Assembly (NCBI GenBank): GCA_002189035.1
Contig: NEEC01000013.1
Coordinates: 310,001-374,000 of the forward strand
Direction of reading: 5' to 3'
Source: Utricularia gibba
Lineage: Eukaryota > Plantae > Magnoliophyta
Length of the DNA: 64,000 bases
Position 1 is the first letter of the stretch; every line of letters starts with the position of its first letter. The notes below the pieces were generated by a model. That model did not search any database, was not told where the DNA came from, and worked only from the letters and a program-made list of their open reading frames with translations. The position numbers were made by a program, and so were the translations under genes. Positions 14,690 to 27,530 of this stretch are shown here, piece by piece.

Positions 14690-16300
14690 AATAAATGACG
14701 GTGCATGGATATGGGTCCGATCCGCCCAATGGTCCATGAGTCATGATGGATTGAGCCTTAACCCAACTTGGGTATGACTCAATTTATGTTTAATGTGGAT
14801 TGGTTCGGTCGAATCAAAAAAAGATCTAATTTCTTACAATCTAAATACACAACAAAACAAAACAATTTAAAAACATCTACTTCTGACCATCAGTAGCTAA
14901 ACAAAATAAAAAAAGCTTTTGTAGAAATGATATCATAGATACTCATAATATCTTTAAAACTTTAATATTATTGCATTAACAATAGAGTTAAGAAAAACAT
15001 TTTTAATATATTTTTAAACACAAGAGTAATATTAATTAATGAAGGTGGAATCAAATGTATAATAAATGGTGGTATAATAAACACCATCAAATAATTTAGT
15101 ATATTTGTGAAATATAGATAAAAAATCAACTAAAATTTCAATTTTTTTCAAAATCTGAATCAACTATATTCATAACTAAATCAAGATACATCACCCAAAA
15201 CATTTCAATTATATACCTACGAGGATGTAAATAACGTAACATAAAAAATATAGCATTCTATCAAGTGGGCGAATAATTCTTTAAAGTTGTAAAAGCAACA
15301 TTATAAAGTTTACATAAACATTTTAAAGCATCTACTTTAACACTACTAATTTTAACAATTGAAACAAGTTTGTGAATAGAAACAACTAGAGTTTTAATTT
15401 CAAAATTTACAAAGCATCTAGAATACACAAGTTTAAAATGTGATAAATACATCTACAATGAAAAAAACACTACCTAAAATAAGATTCATAGAAATTTTCA
15501 ACATATGCAGCACTAATATTATTTGAAGCATTATCAAATGCAATAGTAAAAATACTCAAAAGTATTATATTCACGATAAATATCATTAACTATCATATCA
15601 ATCTGTGAACCATTAAAAAGAGTATCCTAAGGTTTAAAAGCTAAGATCCTCTTTTCAATAATCCAACTATAATCAATTCAACTAATAGTCATAGTAATAT
15701 AACTTCCACCATTAAAACCATCCCAACTATCACACATCAATGCAAATTTACATTTTAATGAATTAAATAAAGAAATTAAATCATTTTTACATTGTTGCAA
15801 CTATTCTAATGCTATCTTAACAGCCGTTTTCCTAGAAAATGAAACATATTGAGGTTGAATGCTTCTCACAAAAAATGCAATGAGAAACGATTTTGTATAG
15901 CTGAAAATGATCTTTCTTTAAGAATCAAAGTAAGAATATAATCAATTTGAGTAGATTTTAAATTAAAAGAAAACTTTTTAGCAAGACAACCATTCACAAC
16001 ATTTCATTTAGATGCTTGAAACTGTCCCAACTTCTATCAGGATGTTTAATTTTAATATTATGCAAGAAATTATAAGTTGAACCTCCTTTACCATGTGAAT
16101 AGTGAGCATCACAATATTTACGATAAACTATTTTCTTCTATTCATCATAAGTGTTGGTCATGCCAATCAAGAGACTTTTATTGTTGATCTTGCTTTGCAT
16201 TTATTTGAAGTGGTGGTAGAACCTGTGACTTCAATGCAATCATCCTCCATCTCCATTTCTCAAATGATGTCATTGATCATGTTATGTGATTGAGATATTG
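14690..16300 (-). mobile_element. hAT transposon relic 1
   Basis: Minus-strand fragments: BED-finger-like KYCDAHYSHGKGGSTYNFLHNIKIKHP (about 16040-16130), IFTIAFDNASNN (about 15520-15555), a PT**NA (TRWNSTY-like) block and LFDGVYYTT. GC-richer subterminal sequence near 14690-14830. Boundaries are approximate. Confidence 0.7.
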
Positions 16301-16578
16301 AATGAATAGATGAATCATGCATCTACAAAACAAACAAAGTGACAGACTGTTCGTGACGTCGTGCTTCGAGATCCCCATCTTGATGAAATTAATCTATAAT
16401 ATTAGATGAGTAAAATACCAAAGAATATTCAAAGATGAAAATAAAAAAAAATAAAAAAATGTAATTGAAAAATCATGTATCTTACTTTGATGAAAAAACA
16501 ACAATAACTTACTTGAATGAAAGAACAAATTATGCTAATTCATAACAGCAACAAAATAATATGAAAAACCAACTGCAA

Positions 16579-18245
16579 CTAGTGGTGGGCACATATCAAG
16601 CCCAATGGGTTGCGGGCTTGGTGCAATAGATCCTATAATCTGACAAACCGAACCTATGTGTTAGAATCTAAAATGAACCTATGCATAGATTGCCTGTTGG
16701 ATTACACTCTTGACCCAAACCAACTTGCTGATCCTTTGAAATTGCATAGATATAAATGGGTTGGGCCGACTTGTGAGTTCAACTTGTCTTGATCACCATG
16801 ACCTTTTAAAAAATAATTATAAAAATTAGTTAATTATGAAATTTTGGTATATTTTCAATTCAAATTTGGAAATAAATTAAAATAAAGATGGTACCTCCTA
16901 ATTTCTATATCTATGAAGAATCAACTTATAAACTTATGTTAAATAAAAATAAAAATATATAAAATAAAACTCTTACCTTTTGAAATTAGAATGTGACATT
17001 AGCATTGAATAGCTTCATTCCTCATGTTTTTCAAAACTTCAATTTTGAAGTTCAATTTTCTACTCCTCTTCAAAACTTGATTCATAATTTTTCTTCATTT
17101 TTTTTTGATATCATTCCAATTTTTCAGACACACACAAGCCTCCGATGTATTAGGAGCAAAGTTTGATATTTTCTTTGTCAGTGTTCTCTCAATTGCACTT
17201 TCCAAAAGAACAGTTGACATTAGATGAGTAAGGATCTTTGACCATTCTAGCCAAAATAGGAAAATTAATAGAATTGTCTTTCTGCCAAGTTAGTATATCA
17301 AATGAATCATCGCATTGTAGTGGTATTGTCATATAACATGTAATCTCTATGAGAAGATGGTGTAGAAGAACGGTGTACACTACAAACTATAGCAAGAGGA
17401 TTGATAGAAAAGGAAGATGAAGTAGAAGGTATAGAATTACTAATATTCATATTAGAACTCAAACCATATTCCACTTGATACATGTTATACATAGTTTGAA
17501 TATTAAAAATCTCGTCAGACTTTATTTTTGAAATATTAATAACAAAATAAGTTTGTTCAAGAAAATATTTATCAAACACATCAAGAACATTTTTTAAACC
17601 TCTTTCTTTTATCCTAGGATCAAGAATTGTAGCAATGAGATACAAATTAGGAATTTTATGATAATATTTCAAAATGTTTTTTTTTTTGTATTTGTGCTAT
17701 TATTTGATCAAAAGGTGGCAGCCTTGAAAATTTACTAAAAACATAGGGAGTTTGGACAAGTGATTGGTAAATCTATTATGCAGTTGGATAATAAGAACCA
17801 TATAATAATTTAGTAGAGGAATAAAAAGCACCAAGATAATTAACAAGTATATCAATTACTGAAAAAAATTAATTTATGTATACTAAAACTAGCAAGGTTT
17901 TCACAAAATTGAATCAAAGGTATTTTATAAGGCAACAATGCAACAAACATAATATAAGTAGAATTCCATGTAGTTTTGCAGTCAATTGAAAAACATTTAA
18001 ATGCATGATTATGCTCAGAACATAAGCATTTCAATTCATCTCTTATTGCAATACAATGCCTAAAATGTGATACCATTTCCCAAAAAAGTCTAATAATAAA
18101 ATTAGCTTTATGCAATTCAACTTGAGCATATACATTCAGAATATGACATGTATATCTATTATGTAAAAAAATTCCATCTAATAATGGTAAGAAGTTGGTT
18201 TTCAAAAGAGATATAGCAGTGTTGTTAACTGAAGCATTATCCATG
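16579..18245 (-). mobile_element. hAT transposon relic 2 (3' half), cut by an LTR at 18246
   Basis: ORFs give MDNASVNN...HILN...KTTWNSTY, IATILDPRIK and the dimerisation domain DILTWQKDNSINFPILARMVKD. TIR-like TAGTGGTGGGCA at about 16579 with CCCAA/GGGCC subterminal motifs. Confidence 0.8.
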
Positions 18246-19473
18246 TGATAAACAAAAAATTTAGCACACGTCGTGAATATGTAATTTTTCCTATCAAATA
18301 AATTTATAATCCTAATTCACATTCAATCATACAATTAATATGAGCATAGTGGACTAGAGTCGAACATAAAGAGTTGTGTGCTTGTTGTGTGAAGGTTGAT
18401 GAATTCAGTTTGTGTCATGGATAAGAGATTTAGTATAAATTAAGATTAAGGTATTTCGACGATAATATGCAGAAAGATAGTAAACTGGTAAAATCAGATC
18501 TTTATCTAAAATAAAAGAAAGTGATGCCTTGAGACACTCAAGTATAACATGCTAATTATTACAACTATCTCACTCAAACCTAAAATCATTCACCTAACAA
18601 GCAAAAACTCAAGTTTACCCAAACCCTTGTTTTTCTCTAATTTTTTGTCTACCTCTAATTAGAGCTATTTATGATGAAAACCACTATCTCCCCCTCATAA
18701 ATTTATCCTAATTTGTTAAGGAAGTAAATTGATTAAGTGGTAGTGTAGCCTAGTGAACAATAAACATGTTCATCCTCCTTTGTTCCAAGGCACCCTCACG
18801 TGTCTAGCCACTCATAACAATGGAAATGAAAACACTTTCATGATATTTCATAAGCATCATCTTGGTTCGAAAGTTTAACAATCACATAAACACATAACAA
18901 AAATATAAAAAGTAATTAGTTTTCGCAGAAAAACTAAAACAACTCCTAGCTAAGAATAGTGTACTTTTTAAGCAGAAGAAAGCTTCAAAAGATGGCTTGG
19001 ATTATGATTTCATCTTTCTTGTACTCCATACTTCTGCTACGACCTACTTCCTTTCACCCTCCCTAGAATTATTTTTCGTATTCTCCAATGGGAAGATATT
19101 TTCTCTCTTCATCTTATCTCTTTTTTTATCTATAATCTTCATTTTTTCTCCCCTTGGATTTTGTATCCTTCTTTTCAGCTTTTGGCCTCATCTTCTTCCA
19201 TTTCACTGTTCACTAATAAAGGGTGTGTGAAGTGCCCCCAGGCATCGTATATTCGACAATGTGGTACTGGGAATGAGTGCACTAATGAAGGGCATTTGGG
19301 TAGCACTCAACCTTGTCTCTCATATCTACACTAGAATATTAACTACACTACATTATCTTCTTGATGTAGCAGTCTAAGTACCCCAAGCACCGCAATGTTG
19401 GCAATGTGGTGCTTGCAATCTGGAATTTATTTGAAATGATTTGTAAGAAGAGAAATCACACAAAGATATTTTT
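18246..19473 (-). mobile_element. Athila-like LTR, truncated
   Basis: The minus-strand terminus ...ATAAATTTATTTGATAG...TTTTTTGTTTATCA at 18246 matches the LTR ends at 2205 and 48961. The other end is lost at the small LTR starting 19474. Confidence 0.7.
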
Positions 19474-20010
19474 TGAGGGCGAAAATCGGTATCCGAGTGA
19501 GGGTCGATTCTCGGGTTACGGGTGCAACTGGATGCACTGTACCTGGTTGTAGCTTTTGTATTTTACTTAGTACGGTTAATAGAAGTGAAGATAGACAGAG
19601 GTTTTTACGTGGAAACCGTCGGAGAACGAAAAAACTACGGAGCTGTCGGAGCTCGCCGGAAAATCCTTCGCTAGACGGAGATGGAGAAAAAATACAAGTT
19701 TTAGGGCTCAAAGTCGAACCCCTTCCACGATAATGTTTCTCGCATTTATAGGTGAGTTGAGCCTGATTGAGTTCTGAGCCCTGCATGTGTCAATTGCTTT
19801 TTGCGCTTGTTGTACACACTGTAGTTTTGCATTCAGATAACCGCTGCCTGCCCTGCTATTGTCGTGATTCGGCTACTTTTCAGTCTATTCAAAATGGCCG
19901 CCGGTGACAAACCCTGACAGTTATCGGTCTGTCAGCCTGCACCAAAGTGTCAAAACATTTTTTTGCTACTTTCAAGGACTGATTAACCCAATCCGATTTA
20001 GACCCCATCA
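19474..20010 (-). mobile_element. Small solo-LTR-like element, copy 1 (537 bp)
   Basis: Termini TGAGGG...CCCATCA. Homologous over its length to 21384-21903. TATAAA on the minus strand near 19750. No matching TSD. Confidence 0.7.
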
Positions 20011-22235
20011 GCTGGGACGACTAAGAATGCAATCAGCTTAAGAGCATTCCAATTTACACTAGAGGGAAGTGCAAAAAAATGGTTTAATTTGCTGAAGCTT
20101 GAGAGCATCACAGATTGGTCAAGCATTAAGAAGGTATTTTTAATCAAATTTTTTTTGCTTCAAAGGTTGAATGGATAAGGAATATTATCAGAAGATAAAG
20201 CTTCAAATAGAAGAGTTTATGAGATAGAATACATGCCAAAGACATCAAAAAGTGAGCTGACAAAAAATGTTACTGCGATGTCTGAGATGATGAAGAAATT
20301 ATTTTTATTACAAGCTGAGAATATGTCGTGCTAGAACTGCCACAGAATGAGATACATTGCTGATAAATGTCCTAACTTGCTGAAGGAAGAACATGCGAAA
20401 GCAATGGAATACTTGGAGCCACAAAGGAAAAAAGTATGATCCCTACTCAAACATTTACAATCTAAGGTGGAGGGATCATCCCAATTTTAGATAGAGCAAC
20501 AATGATGATTCTTATAAGAGTGAGAGCTCAAGTTCTCGACAACAAGGGTTTTAGTAAAATTTTTACGAGTAGTAGCAACGTTCATATCAAGCTCCATCAT
20601 TTTGCAAGCCAAACTAGAAGGTTCAACAACAATTGCAACCTACAAATTGTAACAATTGTAACAAGGAAATTCTGGAAATTCCTTGGAGGAAATTCTGAAG
20701 ACTTTTAGAACCTAATCCATCAAGAATCAAGCTGAGAGCTGACAAGCAATTAAGAACTTGAAAATTCAAGTAACTTTGTTGATGACAAAGGTTAGGGAAC
20801 TGAAGCAAAAAGGAAGCTTACTATCACAAGCCAAAAAAAATCCCAACTCTAGGGGAGGACAAAATATCAATGTGATGACATTGAAAAATGGAAAAGAAAA
20901 ACTAGGAAGAAAATTAGTCCAACCTGGGAGTAATGCTAAAGTGAGAGAAGAATATGGAGTTGTGGAAGGTGAAACTGAAGAACACAATGTGGAAATTGCT
21001 ACAAAGGCTCTCATTGTGAAGATATCCCCATCATCATTTCCAAGAAAGCTAAAAGTGAGAGAAGAACAAAATGAGAAGGAAAAAATATTGAAAGTTTTAG
21101 GTAATATTCAATCGAATTTAACACTTTTAGGAGTAAATTGACTTGGTATAAAAAAGCATGAAATATCTGAAGCAACTATGCATGTCCAAGCCGAAATTGA
21201 AAGAAAAGGGGAAGGTGAAATTGAGTGAGAGTTGCTCAGCTCTACTCACTTGGAAGTTACTAGAAAAACGCAAGGCTCACCTCAGAGCCTCCATCAAAGT
21301 AATTTCATTTTCTGTTTATGAGACTCTCAGATTAGGACCTTTACAAGCTTCGGAATTACAAATTGAACTTATGGATCGAAGAGTGATGGAGAAAATCGGT
21401 ATCCGAGAGGAGGCCGATTTTCGGGTTATGGGTGCAGTTGGATGTGCCACACCTGGTTAAGTTTTTGGTGTTTCCGATTAGCAAAAATAAAGATGGGCAT
21501 AGATTTTTACGTGGAAACCGTCGGAGAACGGAAAAACCACGGAGCTGTCGAAGTTCACCGGAAAAATCTTCACTAGACGGAGATGATGGGGAAAGATACA
21601 AGTTGGGGGACTTAGAATCGAATCTCTTCCCCTTCAGGATTTCTCCTACTTATAGGAGAGGTCAATCTGACCGAATCCAGATTTATGTGGTCGTCGATTG
21701 CTTTCTACGTCTATACTATGATCTTGCTTTTCAAAAAACCACCGTCTGCTCTACCGTAATTCAGCCACCTGTCAGACTGTGCAAAATGGCTGCTTCTGAC
21801 AGATTCTGACAATTATCGGCCTATTGTCCTGTGCTATCCCATCAGAGTACCTTTTGGCAGCTTTTCAGACGTCGATTATCCTCATCCGATTTGTACCCCA
21901 TCAGATTGGTTGAAGATGTTTTAGTAAAGATTGAACAATTGGTATTTTCGACAGACTTTTATGTGATGAATATGCCTGTAGGAAATTCTAGAGATACGAC
22001 CATCATCCTTGAAAATTTGTTTTTGAGCACTTCAAATGCTATAATCAACGTGAAGATGGGCACTATTGAATTATCTTTTGGTGAAGAAAAAATTATGTTG
22101 GACAAGAAGGAAGTGAATAATTATCTTAGTGATTTTGAGAATGTATCCTTGGTAGATGTGATGAATAAATTGGTTGAAGAGCATTTTGATAAGGCTATTC
22201 AAAAGGAGGAGGAAGAACATAAGGAATCATTTTAG
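20011..22235 (+). pseudogene. Athila/Tat-like gag-protease remnant, interrupted at 21384-21903
   Basis: ISLRAFQFTLEGSAKKWFNLLKLESITDW (Retrotrans_gag-like) and LGPLQASELQIELMDRR...LVEDVLVKIEQLVFSTDFYVM (protease region). Many stops. Confidence 0.75.
21384..21903 (-). mobile_element. Small solo-LTR-like element, copy 2 (520 bp)
   Basis: Inverted termini TGATGG...CCATCA. Homologous to copy 1. TATA lies inside a 7-bp inverted repeat (21642-21659). No matching TSD. Confidence 0.7.
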
Positions 22236-22376
22236 CAAGAGTGGAAGTTGAAACAAAGTTAGAGCAGGTGAATGTTGTGCAAATCATAACCTTAAAAGAA
22301 AGAATAGCTAAGCCGAAGTCACACCAATGTATCTGAAATACTATTTTTGGATAAAGAAATGAGCAACCTGAATACG

Positions 22377-22446
22377 CATGAGGATGCATCATTTCGTAGT
22401 GGGTGATGTCACTTTCTCCATGAGGATTCATCATTTCGTAGTGGGT
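22377..22446 (+). repeat. 28-bp direct repeat, 42-bp period
   Basis: CATGAGGAT(G/T)CATCATTTCGTAGTGGGT at 22377-22404 and 22419-22446. Confidence 0.9.
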
Positions 22447-23064
22447 TGTGTTTCAATGTGATTCTTTTTATAGACGATACAATAATTTTTATTGACTTTA
22501 TCATTTTTAAAATAAGATAAAAGGAATTCTTGAGCAGTAGTAGTTTGTTAACAAAAATATTGATCATGTCAAGGGCATGTGATTTCCGAGTGAGTAGTTA
22601 AGCATTACTCTTGTGTGCAAATTAGTTGTCTACCTTCTATTATGATTATTTGTTATGAATTTTTAATGTAAATTATTTAAAAATGATTTATGTATGTTTA
22701 TCAAAAAATAATTGAGTGGAATATTTTGTTTTAAATTATGTTCAGATAACTTAAAACCATAACATAAATATTTATACATTTTATATAATTGTATCCATCT
22801 ACTAATCACATTTTAATTGTAAGTCTATAAACTCTATCTCATTAAATAGGATAATACAATTAAATCTATTAATATATGCGGACTCCAGTAACTAATGGGA
22901 GTGACTAATGAGCTGTTTTGTGTACCACATGACACCAGCAGTTTTTCAAGCCTTTTTGAAGCATCGAAGTTTCCATTTTTTCGAAATTTTGTTCCCGCCC
23001 AACCCTTTTCTCTTCCCGTCGGAGAAACGCAAACCGCTGAGTGCTGATCGGAAGAATCGGACCT

Positions 23065-26000
23065 ATGGCGTCGGGCGCTGGTATGCACTTGTCCACATTA
23101 TAATTGGAATGTTTATTCTTCTACGTGCTTCATGTCAAGAAATTACAGTTGGTCTGTCGGCCCAAGTCACGGAAGAAGAAGAGGTAGAAAAAGAAGACAA
23201 CCGGGGAAACCCTGTTTTTTATCGTGTGGAAAGGTCTGTTTCAGGGAGCTACGATCAACAAAAAATATCGTGATGGCTATATTCCTGGGTGTATATAACA
23301 TCCTTAAAATCAAAGGCGATGCAATTTAAGTGCTGATTTTGCTGGATTGGGATGTCGATTGCAGGAAGAATAGAGGGAATCTGAGTCGGCAGGATATGAT
23401 CCCTGCTAAGTGGGGCAGCTGGAACCGATCTCTTTCCACAAGGTTTGTGTCCATTCCAGTTCTCCTGAAAAAGCATAAGATGCTGAGAAGTTTGTAATTT
23501 ACCATATCTTCTGAAAGATGAAAGTGGTTTTCTGGTAGATTCGTGGTGTGCACGAAAAGCATCTCTACCATTTTTGTCTACAGCTAGGGTGCAGTAAAAT
23601 GAAAAACAAAGCATTTTTATGCCAGTTTCACCCCTTAAACTTGACAGATATAGAGCTATGCCACCGTACATGGAGTATCACAACTGAGATTGTGTTCTTT
23701 GATTCGGCATGAAAGACAAGTTCGACTTGATCAAAAGGTTTATGTTTTTTAATCTTATAAAAATGACAGAGGAAGGACTAGCATTGCTGCTATCGTATGT
23801 GTTGAACAACCACCACGAGGAAAGTCCAGAAGGAATCGCAAGCCACCTGTTCCAAGAGTATATCAATCTAAGCTGTTAGATCTTTTGTAGTTTTTTCACG
23901 TTTGCATAAACATAAGTAGGCTATCAGCAAGTTTATCCATGTTTTATATTAGATAAGTCTCAACATCCTTCTTTTGGATTGCATACAGGCAAGAAGATTG
24001 AAAGAACCGAACTTTGCTAAAGAACGAGCCTATTTTCAAGAAGTGGATGACTTTGAACTGCTGGTAGAGAGCCCTTCGCCTAAAAAGCCGAATACCTGGG
24101 TTTCAGAGTCTAGAGTTGATGATGTTGCCATAGACAACCTGTCTTCTGTATTCCGGAAATGGCTCATTTCCAAGAAATTGAACCGGAAATATGCGTTTCC
24201 GGGATCACTTCCTAGATTATTGGAAGCTGTTGAGTTAGATAATTATCCAATACGGCATGATTCCTTGCCTTCCTCAACCTTGAGGGCATTAGGAAAGCAT
24301 ACTGTAGATGCTTTTTCAAACTCAAACTCAAGCCTTCGGCAGGAGAATATCATTGGAGATACTATCCATGAAATTTGCGAAGATATTGACCTTGAGCTTA
24401 AAGAACTCTGTCTGGCTTCAGATAGCAGAGGAGCTTTCTCGGCTCTTTTGACTGCTTGTGGGCAGTCTATTCCCTCATTGCTAAAAGACGTGCTGTTCAA
24501 TTGGTATGGTGCATTTATTTTCTGTTTACTTGACGCTTTTTTTTTTTGTAATGTTGAGCCTATACATTTTTTTTCTTTTGATGGGTTTCTCTAAATCAAA
24601 CTCCAGTTACTTTTCTGCTTCAAGAGGTTTAAAACATTAACTGTTTATGCAAGTAGAAATTGGTTGTAGCTGTTTTGTATATGCATTTGCATAACAGTTT
24701 GGTTGTTGTAACATAGCTGAGGTTTGAATATTATCATCTGAATTAACATATGATTCTTTTTCTTCTCTAAAGCACCTTTTGTTTTGCATGCTTGAGACCA
24801 GTGACCAAGAGAGCACTGTTACCAAGATCGGTGAAGGAACTTATGGAGAAGCTTTCATGGTTGGAAGTAATGTGTGCAAGATCGTCCCATTTGATGGAAA
24901 TTTTCATGTTAATGGAGTGCCGGCAAAGGTATGGGGGGGGGGGGGGGGGGCCTTCGTTCTTTTCATAAGCAAGGATGATTTTGGAATAATGCAGACCTAG
25001 TTTATTAATGAAAGCACATGTTAACCCAAGCCCTTAATCTTTTGTGCAAACTGCTTCTAAACCTGTTATTTTTCCAGACATCAGAAGAATTACTAGAGGA
25101 AGTAGTACTTTCTTGCACTCTCAATCACCTTAGAGGGCATGATCTGCAGTCGGATAATGCATGCAGTACATTCATAAAGACAATAGAGTAAGCTTATTCC
25201 CTTTATTTTTATAATCGATGCTATATAATGCTCCTTCCCATGTCGAACAAGCATGTTGTGTAATACATGTGCTGATTCCATGAACGTGCCCTGTTACTCC
25301 CATGTACCTGGGAAACAACAGATTGGCACAATCTAGGGCTGAGACCATTAATCTCTATACGCAGCACACAAAATAACTTTATTTCCTTCTTCCAGTGTGA
25401 GAGTCTGTGAGGGCTGCTATGATTCTCAACTAACAAGAGCGTGGGAGGAGTGGGATGCAAAGCATTTTTCAGAAAATGATCATCCGAAGTATTTTCCAGA
25501 AAGTCAGGTACGCGGAGTTGATGAAAGCGTTATCCGGTGTAGTAACATGGAAGCTGTACAAACTCTTTATTTATTTCTTGCAGTTGATTTAATTCATGTC
25601 TAAGTTAAAGCATTTGGTTATCAGCGTTATGTAGTCTTTGTTCAAGAACACGGCGGCAGGGATCTTGAAAGCTTTGTGCTTTCAAGTTTCAGCGAAGCAC
25701 GGAGTTTACTACTGCAGGTGACATCATTTTTACACATCTAGTCTATCCATTACCTTGGATCTCAATTTCGTTATGTACTGCTCATCAACAACAGGTCACT
25801 CTGGCATTAGCTGTAGCTGAAGCTGCTTATGAATTTGAACACCGAGACCTCCACTGGTTTACTTCCTCATCCTGATCACAAGTTTTAACCTTTTCTATTC
25901 ATCTTCTTCAAATTTCTTACAATTGTTAATAGGGGGAACATTTTGTTAAGCCGGAAAGATGCTGCTGCTACTGCTGTGTTCATTCTTGAAGGAAAAAGGT

Positions 26001-26817
26001 TGCAAGCTAAAACATTTGGATTGGTAGCCTCCATCATTGACTTCACATTGTCAAGGATTAATACAGGTAGCTTTCCTATGAGTTTGTTCTATAGTGAAGA
26101 TGTTCATTCGTCGAAACTCGTACACCCGCAGGTGAAGATATACTTTTCCTTGACCTATCATCAGACCCAGAACTTTTTGAAGGTCCAAAAGGTGATATCC
26201 AAGTAAGGAAAAGCATGGATGTTTAACCCTATTTGTGGAGTGGTTCATGACAAATGATCATTGTACAGGCTGAGACCTATCGAAGGATGAGGAAGGTGAC
26301 TGGGGACTGCTGGAATGGAAGGTAAACCGATGGATTCAGTTCCATCAAAACCGTTTTACACCACGTCCATCTCTTTACTTGGCAAGACCATATATTGAAA
26401 AGTTGAAATACTCTTAGTTTTGGTGAAATGGTGCAAGAGGAAGGAAAAGGAACCAGTTAAGCAGAATGAAACATCGCTTGATAAGCATCCTTTCCAATAA
26501 AAATGTGTGTGCTTCTTGTGTGCAGCTTCCCCAAGACAAATGTTCTGTGGCTGCAGTACTTAGTGGACATTTTGCTTACCAAGAAATCCTACGTAGGCTT
26601 CCCCAAGATTTTATGATACGCAAGGTTCACTTTTGCTTGTTTGAGTAAGCTGGTTTGCTGAACCGCGTCCGGTTTTTGGTTGTTCTTGTGGCAGGAAAGA
26701 ACGTCAAAAGATGAGAGGGATTTGAGGTGTCTGAAGAAGCAGCTTAATAGCTATGCTTCAGCTAGAGAAGCTGTTTGCGATGCTTTCTTCACCGACTTGC
26801 TGTTGATCCAGCCATGA
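23065..26817 (+). CDS. HASPIN: Haspin (histone H3-Thr3) kinase; 15 coding exons
   Basis: Exons 23065-23080, 23149-23233 (donor uncertain), 23365-23442, 23770-23857, 23989-24503, 24802-24928, 25078-25187, 25396-25507, 25625-25717, 25795-25856, 25933-26066, 26132-26202, 26269-26321, 26526-26592, 26695-26817. Motifs SWNRSLSTRGR, FELLVESPSP, KIGEGTYGEAF, EFEHRDLHWGNIL, IIDFTLSRI, TNVLWLQYLVDILL. Confidence 0.93.
24933..24950 (+). repeat. Poly-G tract (G18) in a Haspin intron
   Basis: Directly visible, starting 4 nt into the intron (GTAT then G18). Confidence 0.95.
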
Positions 26818-27089
26818 AATGGAACTCCAAGGATGAGGCTAATGCCCAAATACGGTTGATAGTTGCTCTTCATGTGTGCTTTTATTGAATCAGTGGGCAG
26901 GATTTGGATTTTGTTGAAGATATATATGCAATTGAAATATTCTATAATAAGAAGCGCTCACTCCAATTATTGGATTTTAAATGTATGAACAGTATTCAAA
27001 GACAATGGGACTCGACTCTTCAGCAAATTCCACTGACATTCTATATTAAAATTAATTTCCATGGAAAAAAACTAATGTCAAGATTGAAA

Positions 27090-27530
27090 TAAATTAATTT
27101 AGAATTGATTTTAGTAAAACTAATAATTTTGATAATATGAGAATTGATATATATTTATAATGTTTTTAAAAATAATTATTATAGAATTAATTAATTTTTT
27201 AAGGAAAAAAAATAAGAATTGATTTGTATTATTAAATGATATATTTAATCATATTTATTAATAATAATATTTTATAAAAATTTATTTAAATAAAAAAAAT
27301 TATATAGTATTAATATTTCTTGAACTCCAAATCAATAATTTAAAATCAATATTTAAAAAATAGGAATTGATTTTTATAATATTTATTTATCAATATTTAT
27401 TAAATGGGTATAATAGTAAATTTATTTCTCAAAATCAATTCTTAAAAAATAATTGTATATGATAAGTTACATACATATTTTTTAGAAAATTAAAATGATT
27501 TTCAAAAATCAATTATAATAAAAGAGAATC
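27090..27530. mobile_element. Possible decayed Tourist-like MITE
   Basis: AGAATTGATTTT motifs on the left and inverted AAAATCAATT(C/A)T motifs on the right within very AT-rich DNA. TIR and TSD are not recognisable. Confidence 0.3.

Noticed and set aside
19427-21809. Paired similar ORFs (GNRRRT..SCRSSPE) suggesting a duplicated small gene
   Set aside because: They are reading frames within the two homologous small LTRs.
19474-21903. One TRIM/LARD-like element with two LTRs
   Set aside because: No PBS, PPT or shared TSD in either orientation, and the intervening DNA is continuous with protease sequence beyond copy 2.
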